Assembly: GCA_973851085.1 (NCBI GenBank)
Contig: OZ316775.1
Location: 2,976,001 to 3,040,000, forward strand
DNA from: Ptychomitrium polyphyllum
Taxonomy: Eukaryota
Reading direction: 5' to 3'
Length of the DNA: 64,000 bases
This document shows positions 1 to 11,543 of this stretch, piece by piece. Numbering within the stretch: position 1 is the first letter of the stretch; each line of letters opens with the position of its first letter. A program made the translations under genes and the position numbers. Below the pieces are notes generated by a model. The model saw only the letters and a list, made by a program, of their open reading frames with translations. It made no database searches and was not told the origin of the DNA.

Positions 1-739
1 CAATAAGGCTTTTTAGCTTATTTTGGCATTCAATACCATTAAAAGGCTTTAGGTCTTGAGCATGGGAGCATTTAACAATATAAATGATGATCCTTGCAAT
101 ATGATCGGGAATATATTTGAAAAACAAGCATGGGATATTTTTTTGTTCCATTTGAAGTTAAGATTTTGAATTTGAATAAAAATAAAATCCCAAGGGTTCT
201 TTTTTAAAGTAGTTTCTTTTAATTCAAAATACTTCCAATTTGGACTAGCTGTAGATACTTGAACATCTTCTAAAATGGCTCTACAATCCCAAAATATCTA
301 AAAAATATCCAAGAACACCTAATCTTGCTTACAAATTAACTCTTCATCTAATTTAAAACATAGAAAAAGCATATATGGAAGATATAGAGGAATATTATGC
401 ACTTTATAATACAACCTATGTACAACAGTTAAAAAAAAGTAAAAAAACCAAGAAGAAAGAGAAAATTTGAGCTGCATTTTGATATGAAGCAATACATATG
501 AATAGAACTTTAAATTCAATATATTTTTTTTGCTTTGGCTTAAGATTTTGGAAAAGCACATGCTTAAGAAAAGATCTTACAAGTATTTTTGCAAGACATA
601 TTATATTCAATGGATACAAGAAATTCACATATGGATTGTAATCAAGAATTCCCTCATTTATAGCCAAATGAGGATGTTGGACATAAAAATGTTGTTCTTT
701 CTACAAATTAGCAGCTAAGATTTGTACTAATATGTATTA

Positions 740-1695
740 GGGCTAGTTATTACAAGTGCCAAAGTATAAAAGGTGTGTGCCTCATTTTGTTAGTAGTATA
801 GTTGTTATATATTTGAACTTGATGATCTTAAAGTTTAGAAAGGCAAGCTTAGTCATACTTAGTTGAAAAATGATTATTAAATCTTTTAGTAACCTTATAA
901 ACTAAGTAGCTTAGAAGAATATGATTTTTAAACTTGTTATTCATAATTATTGGTTAGAAGTTTGATTGAATTATTCAATGGCAAGTATGCTTGTATTATG
1001 GTTATGCCATCTAAAAACCATGAATTTGGCAATCAAACAAAGAATTAAATGTGTAAAGATTACCATCTGCTTAATTAGAAGACCACATTGGACAAATATT
1101 TGACGCCAATGTAGGAAGAGTTATTTAATGCAATGGAATCGGCTCAAATTTTCAATACTTTGGACTTTGTGCTATGATTATTATCAATTGCTATTATTTT
1201 TGAAAGGTGATTAAAATGGCTAGGATTACCTCTATTATTGGAAGTATCTTCAATTTTATCTCAAAAACGTACCAACTAAGTTTCAAAAGGTGATGAACTC
1301 AATTTTAGTTGATTTACTATTTGCTACATCTTACATTTATGACATTATAATCTTTAATAAGAGTCTATAGGAGTAAGTGAGGCATTTGTAGGTAGTGTTT
1401 GAATAATTATAGCAATGGAGATTATGCTAGCATTTTAGCAATTGTAAGTTTTTTCATAATTGGATATTATATTTGGACCTTGTGACTTATTTTAGTAGAT
1501 TTTGATGTTCAATAAGCAAAGGTGGACGCTTTATAAGAGGTTTCAACACCTAAAAATGTGTTGTGACTTTATGTTATTTATGAATTGGCAAATTGTTATT
1601 GCTTCTTTATCAAGAATTTTAACTTGATTGCCAACAATTTGACAATGCTTAAAGGCAAGGATCTGCCATTAATTTGGAATTGTAAGCAATAATAC
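740..1695 (+). mobile_element. Degenerate Ty3/Gypsy RT fragment, same family as the DNMT-bearing element at 21.6-32.3 kb
   Basis: Collinear by eye with ~28740-29700 (e.g. gttatgccatctaaaaa/gttatgccttctaaaaa; tgtaagttttttcataat/tgtaagtttttccatgac; aagcaaaggtgga/aagcaaaggtaga). The YIDD motif is decayed to YIYD at 1332-1343. Many stops and frameshifts. Confidence 0.8.
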
Positions 1696-1967
1696 ATCAA
1701 AGTAAATACTAGATTTAATTTTAAAGTTTTGATGTTTATGAATTTTTTTTATTAATAAGTAGTTATAATTGAAATTTTAATAATTCATAAAACTACATTG
1801 ATATAAATTACAACTTTATTTGTTACTTCAAATCTATTAGATGTATAGAATCATTCTAATCATAATAAAATCCATCAATATATTAATTTGCAAAGAGCCT
1901 TTTGTCTATTGAAGGATTAATAAATAAAATATTTTGAAATATAATTTGTTGTTTGGAATATGATGTG

Positions 1968-2067
1968 NNNNNNNNNNNNNNNNNNNNNNNNNNNNNNNNN
2001 NNNNNNNNNNNNNNNNNNNNNNNNNNNNNNNNNNNNNNNNNNNNNNNNNNNNNNNNNNNNNNNNNNN
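1968..2067. other. Assembly gap (100 N)
   Basis: Run of exactly 100 N. Confidence 1.
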
Positions 2068-4320
2068 GTTTTTAAATGATTTGACTTTGTAATGAAGGTT
2101 TTCTCTTCAATTGGAAATAGGCTTATTACAAATACATAATAAAGATGGAGAAGGTTTTTTATCAATGGAAGTTATTTAGATGATAAAATATGCAAGGAAT
2201 AACTCAAATAAGTAATAAAACAATTCATTGAATATATGAAGTTTAAATTATCTCCTTTTCAAACTCCTATTATCATGCTAATATCTTTTACTTTTACTAA
2301 TTTTTTATTTTCTTTGGATAATTTGATAATTATGTATTGGATCTTAAATGTAAAAACAACATAAACTTACTCTATGTTAAAATTTTTAAAACAAATCATG
2401 AAGTTTGCTAAATTGTAGAAGCATATTCAATTTATTAGACAATTTAGTCAAATCACAAAATTGACTAAATTAGGAAATTTGATTTTATTAGGCAATCTAG
2501 TATTCCTATTTAGTCACTACTGTATAAAAATTATGATTTAACTACCATAGTGAATTATGTAAGAAGGTCCACCCAGTGATTTTTAAACAAGCTTATCAAA
2601 CATAATAATAAACACTTATTATTTTCTAAATCTCACTCATTTATCTCACCATAGTTCATGACTGCAGAAAAAGGAGAACTTTTTAAACAGTAATGGTATT
2701 ACCGCAGGGCCATAGATAAAAGAAGAGAGGAAATATGCTAAAGAGATATGACTTCGAATCAGGCATGCAGAGAGAAATGTACACAAGACGATGATGTTCT
2801 CCATTGGTGTTTGTTACAGATTCATACATCACTTTCGTCAATATATTTTACAAACTGAAAATTTAATACTTCCCTAGCTAATTAGCACAGAATGAAGTTT
2901 CCTTTCGGTAGTCATACCAATCCATGGCCAGTTCTGGAAAGTACCCATACTGAACGCTAATATAGTGGGGCCGCTGCAGCGCAGGCTCCGTAGTCCAATC
3001 GCAACACATTGCCAATGATTAAAAAAACAAAAGCACCTGCAGATAAATCATCCGGAGCCAGTAACTTTCGAAGCAAGAACTGGCATCAGGAAGTGCCCTC
3101 AACAGTTAAACGTCTTTAACCCGATCAATATTACCCAGTTTGAACTTTGGCCCATAACCCGAAAAGTTTCATTGTTGGTTCATGCTCGTGTTCGTCCATA
3201 TTTGCCAACAAACAGTGCTCGGCTGTTACTTGGCCCGCATGAGGGTGATTCGCTAAATAAGCTCCCCCGTCCAACTCACCATCTTTCTCGCAACTCACGA
3301 CTCACCAAATGACACCAACTAAGTAACTTAACATGCACAAACGGACAGTTTCTGCCGTGCTAGATTGCTGCCTGCCAGGGTCCCATTCGGACATGCATCG
3401 GTGAAAAGCCGTTCATGAATCATCCGAGTTATCAATATCATACAACAGCCAGTCCAATGATCTGCTTCAAGTCGAACTGTGGTGCCAAGTCGACTGCTTG
3501 TTGGCGCCATTTGGTCTAGGACTAGATTGTTTGGATTTTTGGATGGTCGTCGGGCGGTCGCCGTAGAGAGAGGCGAGACTAGTGGTGAGTCAACGGCGTC
3601 GGAGGTGGTCGGAAATGATCGTCGAGGGGTTGGGGGAGAGGAGGTTGGGGATGGTATTATGAGTCTGCGGCCAAGGAGGCCAAGGAGCGAGTGTAGACCG
3701 TCAGGCTGGCGACTCCAGGCAGCAACACGCTGCGGCGGCTCGCGGGCGAGGGCGTCGGGGTGGTGGAAGCAGCGACGGGGTGGGGTACTGGCGGGAGTGT
3801 GGTAACGGGAGCAGGAGGTGGGGCAGCAGCAGCAGCGCTGGAGAGAGGCAAGCGGCCGGCCTCGCAGGAGAGCGACGACGCTCTCCGCGAACGGCAGGAG
3901 CTAGAGACGTGGAACCGGGAGGCGAGCCGGGAGGATCTCGGGAGTTGGGCCAACACCAAGGATCTCGACCAGACGTGGGAAAAGGAAAAGGACCGCCTGG
4001 AGAATTGGGGGCAGACGGACTCGGACGAGGCGAAGGCGGTATCGGCCCAGGCAACGGGATCGAGATCGGAGGGATTGGGCCAGGGGCATAATCTAGACAT
4101 CGCGAGTAGTGGCAGGGCGGGTGGGGGAGATTCGGCGTCTGTGGGAACTGTGGGGGTGACCGATGCAACCGGGGAGTTGGATAAGGCGGCGAGGAGCGCA
4201 TCGGAGGCCGCAGCGAGGGCGAGGAGTGTAGGGGGTACAGCGGGGCAGCAGGATTACGCAGGGCGACGGAACGTAGGAGCGGGGGGTGGTGGAGGTGGGG
4301 GATACAACCAGGCCGGCTCC

Positions 4321-7300
4321 ATGAGCAGTGGGGCCGGGAGTGGAGCGCCTTGCGGTGCCTGCAAGTTCTTGCGCCGGAAGTGCGTGCGGGGCTGCATCTT
4401 TGCACCGTACTTCGGCGCCGAGCAAGGCGCGGCGAAGTTCGCCGCCGTGCACAAGGTGTTCGGCGCCAGTAATGTGGCCAAGCTGCTGTTGCATATCCCC
4501 GCGCCTCGCCGCTCCGATGCTGTGCTGACTATCAGCTACGAAGCGCAGGCGCGCTTGTCTGATCCTGTGTATGGCTGCGTCGCGACGATTTTCGCTTTGC
4601 AGCAGCAGGTGCGGTCATCCTCACTTGATCAGTTCTTTTCATTCAGTATCAATTCCGTGTACACCCCTTATCTTACCAGGTTTCAAGTGGTTGGCACTCA
4701 GTGCGATCAAACCCTCATGCTTCCGCAAACATAGGAGCCCACCCACTTCGGCTCCCTCGTCGAGCATGTAGTGCAGGCGTTACAGGCAGCAAAGCAAATT
4801 ATTAATCATGAAGGGGTTTTATGAAAACTATTCATGGGCGCGTCGTATGGCCTTCCTTTTAGTCGCCACGTGTTAGTGACCTCTCATTAGTCGTGGGATT
4901 TATCAATTATAGCGAGCGAGAAGCTTAATTGTTCGTGAGAAGAGTGCATGAGAAGCCAGTAAATTATAGTAGAAGGGACGCCACACTTCTGTCGCTTATT
5001 TCGAGCAGTGGTCGGCTCACATGAGATTACTAGCAAAAAGGAAGCCCATTTTTTGGGGTCCGAAGAAAACAGACACGTTACTTAGTTTCATATCCGCTCT
5101 GATCGTAGAAACTTTATGAACTGAAGAAGACGATTGGCCTAGAACTTCCTGAGAAATTGGTAACGCTACGTTTCGAATCGACGTTGTTAGCGGCAGTAGA
5201 TGGGTTTCGTAGACGAGTCAAAGCTTACAGTTAATCATCGTGGCAATATTTTTACCTCCAGGTTCATGGACAATGGACCCGATAGTGGCGTCGTGCTAGA
5301 CACCACGTAATTAGAGAAACCAAATCTGCACATTGGTATTCCTGGCCAAAGGTTTGTTGGAACCTCAAAGGCCTCGATCATTGCTTACCATGCCACATGT
5401 CTATGCAGTCTCTAGAATGACCTTAGTAGCAATAGGCGGTGATCATAGCTAGTAGTATGGAATCTGATCACCACTCTCTTCCCTGAGCGAATTTTAGTCA
5501 CCCGTCAGGCTCCGGGATTGATTGTACGACATCATGTCAGTCGGACTGAAGTTGAGCGCACTCGAATTATATCCTTCCTGGTAGACTAGCAGTTAATGGC
5601 AGTAGTAGCGGGATAACTGCGTCGAATTGTCGAAGTGATCAATTGAACTGGAAGAATGCAATCGAAACACACCTCTAGCTGGGTCAATACAGCCTATCCT
5701 GGAAAACACCGAACTCAGTGTAGGCGGTATCCAATGCTGCGCCATTGGTCGCATAAAATGCTCCTCTCCCTCAGCTAGCGGGCCTAGATTTGATCAGTCG
5801 CATGTTAACGAAGCATGTTGGACGTACACGCTGTTTCCATTAGCCATGGACCGTACTACAGGATATATAACCAATGTCATGGCACTAGTAGAATTAGGAA
5901 GCGGACGGTAGAAATAGTTCTCAATGTCACTAGTCAGGAGTAATTCAGTTACTGACTAGAATATGAGGAACCGCATGATTAGTGTGAGACTCGCTGGGAT
6001 TTAGACTTCGGTTGCATCGCACACTATCAACAAATTGCAGGGACCAGCTTAAAACTTGTTCGCAATCATTGAGATAGTGCACGACATTGTGCTGAATCCA
6101 ACATATACAGCCTAGTCGTGTTTCAACTCTGGGAGAGGCTGAGAGCTTTGGCCCTCAATGAGTATTCTGGAGCGTGCAACAAGCATGGTCTTCGGAAGTG
6201 GAGATTAATATTGAGTGACAATATGATACCTGCCGCAAGTTAGAGAGTTCGATTCTTGAGTTAATTATGAACGATGGGAGAGTAATTTGATTGGTATAGT
6301 ATTTCCTTTAGAGTGAGGCGTTCAACACAAGAGACAACCCTATTTAGTTTCAGCTCCTACCTTGTATTTAGACATTATTGTGACGATTTTACAACCTTCT
6401 AGACATATATTCAGAACCACCCAAATATTAGAAGCCAGTAGCTACCTGCGCAGTCTACTCGATTTTAAGGACAGCGAAGAATGATTCGGTTTGATCCCTT
6501 GCATGCGATCGCTTACGTACATATAGTCCCTGTTATAGGATCAATTAACCACCAATGAGTGGTCAACTTGCAGCTGGGTGACGGTGGAAGCCTAGAGGTT
6601 GACAATTTCTGCCAATAGCAAAGGTTTCTTGCTATAAGCTTCGGTATTTGCAGTTGATCTTAGGAGCGACCCACATAGTTAAGAACCTTTGTACCACGAA
6701 CCACCAACTGAACGGTGGACTTTCTATGATCCAGTTCATAGATCTAGACTGTAGTACAGGCGCTAGCTTGCCACCACATGACTCCGGTACTGAACTCAGG
6801 TGCACCCAATGTATCAAATCTCTTATACGTGGTAGTGTTTCCATTGTGCCTTGTTCTAAAATTGAACAATGTGCCCTTCGGTAGTTATTAGAGGTTGCCG
6901 ATGTAATACTAAAATGCAACACTAGCCTAGGTAGTACATCCAGCGAGGACGCATAACAATGGCTTGCACCAGCCACGTGCAACTGACAGTTGATCTGGAG
7001 AAGGCTAGGCTAGAGCGTTTAGTTAGTTTGTTGCATGTTAATCTCGATCTTATAAGCTTCACGGAGGTTGCCGTGATTGCTTTCCCGCCATAACCACCTT
7101 CTTTTTAAGGCGGATGGCGCAAAAATGGTTTCTTTTAGACGACAGGTCATCTTACCTGGCTGATTCAAGTTTTTTCTATTTTGAACTGCTACAGTGGTAA
7201 GTTGGAGAAGTCCTCTCGTCGCTTTGGATTTACTGTGCCAATGTTAACACCAGTCCTTAATTTACTAGTATCTAGCTAGTAACTTTGTGCAAACATCTCG

Positions 7301-8116
7301 ATCGATCCATCGATACGATCGAGTAAGGCACTCGTTGACGATCGAACAACTTTCGGAAAACCACTTTTGAACTGTGCACAAGACCATGAGCAATCTTGTC
7401 GGTATGACCTGGTGCCAATAATTTGTGGTTGGTAACCAGATTCAGTAGCTCTGATTCCTGAAAATTCTTGATTGGGTTTCTATTAATGTGAGCCAGCTGG
7501 CACACAATACCAGCAGTAGTAATTTTTTAAAAGATTTTCTTATGCACGTATTGCGGTCATTCTAACTCCCGTTACTGCTGCATATATTTCAGAAAGCTAT
7601 GCATGATACAATTGAATTTGCAGCTCAGTAATTGACATATTATGTTGACATAATTTATTTCCTTTGCTTGATCTCCAGGTTGCAAGTTTACAGCAAGAGC
7701 TCGCTATGGTGCAAACGCAACTAGCGGACCGGCACACACACCTGCAACAAACGCATCAGCAGCACCACCACCAGCAGCAACGAATGGTGGCGTTTGGGTC
7801 TCCAGCCACCCAAGCGACGGAGTACATGCAGCATCTGGGCGGAAACCACTCCCACCTCTCCCCCACCTCGGGCCTGTCCATGGGCATGCCTGGGGGCTCC
7901 AGTGCGGGGCCGTATTCCCGAGTGAAAGAAGAGGGCAGCTACTTCCATGGAATGCAGCACCATTACGACATGGGCATTCCGTCCAGCAGCCTGGAGCCCA
8001 TGGCCACGGAACAGAGCCTCCTGGAGTCGCTGCAGAAGACGAGAAGTGGGGGCATGGGCGACCAACCGGACGAGGGGGAGCTGCAAGCTCTTGCTTCTCT
8101 CCTTCGTAGGAAATAG
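4321..8116 (+). CDS. LBD: Class I LOB-domain (LBD/ASL) transcription factor. Exons 4321-4608 and 7679-8116, 241 aa from the first in-frame ATG; may be N-terminally extended (see findings)
   Basis: C-block [19 protein letters not shown] block [13 protein letters not shown]...[15 protein letters not shown], and a leucine zipper [19 protein letters not shown] joined across a phase-0 GT..AG intron 4609-7678 (CAG|gtgcgg ... tctccag|GTT). Confidence 0.93.
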
Positions 8117-11100
8117 CCTGAGCATGCATGCATGCAGCTGCCCTTTCTCTTCTACGTCCTTGCTGAACTCGTCATGCAATCATGTGTATTAGGTTAAGTT
8201 TTGAATTTCATCAAGGTTAAAGTTAGTGAAAAGGTGACAGATGGGAACAGCAGTCAGTTAATTCATTTTCTAGAATTAATTAGTCACTTTCTTTGAAGTC
8301 ATTTACTGTGAGCGAGCGATTCAGTCAGCAGGTGGATTTGATTTGGAGGTTTGGATTGATGTTAAATGGATGGTCAACAAATGGAAAGGACTTGACCACG
8401 TTTTAGCCGTTAATTTTCATCACAGTTGAGGACGAGATTGCAAGCAATGTTGGTGCAGCGCCGATATAGGAAGGGATGGAAAGCCGTCATACTGGATTAG
8501 TAGCTGCACAGATCGACATCTGTTTAACTTGCTGCATGAATCAAGCGTAGTGGAAACATACAACGTGGTATCATCAGATTGATGCAAATTTTCAGCTGTG
8601 ACGCCAAACTTACAAGTGACAGTCAGAGCGATGGGCGCCTAGATAATCTTGAAGGTACATTCTGAAGCTGCTGCAAGGTCATACAGCCGACTTCTTTTCA
8701 GGTGCATGTACTACCAAGAACCTACAGGCTTTGATGGCGTTAGGCTATATGCGAAATGGAAACATCGTGATGCGAAAGCCTTTGATTCAGTTCAAGACTT
8801 CACCAATCATGAAAGAATGAACAAGGGAACGTAGTGACGGTGCGTCGATGCCGAAGAATTTAAACTAATTGACGCTTGGAAAGACTACGTTGAAGGAAGG
8901 ACCCCTGCAGTTCTATGCTGAATGCTGTGATCTGTTTCACAATGAAACTAGCTAAAATCTGCAATAATTAAGATCACCTAGACGGCCCAGGAGCAGCTTA
9001 TTTTTTAGTTCACCAGTAGTAGAATGAATTTATAGACAGGCAGGCTAGATGAAGGCAAGCGTGATCAGAATTTGGGTGCTGCGTAGGTTTTTAGGTTGAA
9101 TCTTTACCCTGCATGTATCAGGTATTAGAGTAGCAAAACAGTTTCGATGAGCAGCTTATGGTTTTAGTTTGCTTTCGACGTGTCTCCGCATTGAGGGGTT
9201 GGCACCAGACATAAGGTTTTAGCATTACTTACCCGCGCCTCCCTTGGACATAACTCCACGTATGAATATCATGTGGATGTCATGCTCTTTATTTTTCGTC
9301 CTCTCACTAGAATTGCTCTAGTTAGATACTGTCAGGTAGATAGTCTACCCTTGCATGACCCCTTGGCAAGTTCCAACCTTTGGGGTTGTAGCTGGTTGTC
9401 CAACATACTTTGGTTCTCTGCAGGCAAGTGGTTGAAAATGATCCAATTTTTGCATCAAATGTCTTCATGTTACCATTTGAGTTGTTTGAGAATGCATTGC
9501 ATGGATTGATATCATTCGGGAGTGTAATGGTTGTTGTCCAGTGACAGCTGATCTCTACAGTATGTTCGTTCCTGAAGAAATTTGTCAACACTTCGCCACT
9601 ACAATTCTTTACCTGCATCATCCCAGTTGATTATGATTTTTGTCCTCGGGTCATGATGAAGATGGGATGCTCATTGTGATACGGAGATAGTTAATGGACA
9701 AGGAACAGAATTTCGAAACACATATACTCTTGATCAAGAAAAGGGGTCTGAATATACTCGGATCAAAATATTGATTAACCAGCAGCATTCGGTTACTCTC
9801 GTCACTTCGAAAACCAGCACATCTGCTGCCATGCTGCTCAGAGATGCCTGGTAATTCTAATAAGAAACAGACTCCGCGATACTTCAGTTCTCCACGGTGC
9901 ACCCATAATAAATTAACTTGTGATCCCAATTATACCATTAAATGGTTTCAACTATTGTGTTTTTTCATAAAGCATCATAGTTGCATGCCTTGATTTGTTT
10001 TTCCCTCATGAGTTATCTACCTACTTATGGTTTCCGCGGTGCAGGCGGCTGTCCATATTGTCCCTTGAAGCACATACTACGTAGCAGTCACAGAATGTGC
10101 TAAAAGCATGCACACGGTGGTTTAAGGAGGCCCATCGGGCCAAGCTTTACCAGCCCTCCTTCGTTAACTTAGGCAATGGCTGGCTGAATTAGTTGACAAG
10201 TTGCATGACACTGCTGCTCTTATAAACTGCAACTTGTCCCAGGTTTACTTAAAGAAGATTCTTCCAGATTTCCTCACGGGCACCATGATTCCAGACCACG
10301 GTCTACTTTTTCCCCAAGGTGTGTTTCTCGTACGCCATAGCAACGGATCGCACAAGAGTACGCTACTCGTAGAATCTACACATTCTTCTTGCAGCTATGA
10401 AGGACGATCTGGTGACGAATTAGTTTACTGTGCAAAATGACTTGTGAAATATGTACAGTGCGTTGCCACGTGTTGAATACTGTCATTGCACACACTGCTG
10501 GAATGTTGAGAATAATAGGTTCATGTGAGAAGAAATAGAGAACAAGGCTGTTCTGAGGCAATTCCACTCGAAGTGCAGACTTAGAACATGCACCGCATGG
10601 TACGATTCGTTCCCCGTCGTAGTCTCCGTTGCAGTCTCGCTTGTGTTATTATAGGCCCTGCGCAGGACGACAGGACCACAAAAGCAAGGTTGATATTGAG
10701 ACTTGTGCCTGAATCAGTAGAATGACGAGTTCCGACGCAGACCTCAACATTTAAGAGATGAACAGCTATTGACCCTACAGAGAATAGTGAAGATTCCTTA
10801 GAGATCCTTTCAAGTTCCCTTCATCTTTAATTAATGCAAGTATTTATAGAGAGGCTTTGACAACCTTGATTCCTCGTTGAATATCCAATATATTAGTATA
10901 ACAATCTAATAGTAGCAAGGAGTTTGGCCCATTCATTGAGCTGCTTGAATGCTATGGGCAAACTATTTGGTTTATCCTTGGGTCTATACAAGCTGCACTT
11001 CTGTGTTTCAATTGAATTCCCGCATTTACTCCTTTAGCAAGTGGTTAATAGAACACATACATTTATATTCAATCGTGTCTTAGAATAATATTACGATTTT

Positions 11101-11543
11101 AAGTTCATTTTGTATGCCATAGATGTTCTTACATACTTCTTATATGTCAATTTTACTGTTGTCAAAGACCTCATGTATTTGTATGCTACCGCAAGTTCAT
11201 TCCCAATCAATTGCACAGTTGATTGTCAACAGTTACGGTTACAGTATCCGTAGACCTGCTGGCTTTGCTAGAGCCATGCAACAGAGATGGTTCTAACGAA
11301 AAGAGATATAATTGTGGCACAAACAAACACAATTGTGTTTATATGACAATAGCAAGCCTCAAACCCGGAGACATATTCTGGATGTAATCTGTACTTCGAA
11401 CACGTCTAAATTACAGATGGTCTCTACACCTTTATCTGATCTAGGAATCTAAAAAGAGAGAAAATAGCGATACACTGGTAAAATGGTAATAAGACTGTGT
11501 AGCACGATCTACAGATTACCAGGCCTTGCACAGAATTTTCAAA

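Noticed and set aside
3657..4494. Long antisense and alternative-frame ORFs over LBD exon 1
   Set aside because: Shadow ORFs of GC-rich coding sequence with no recognisable domain.
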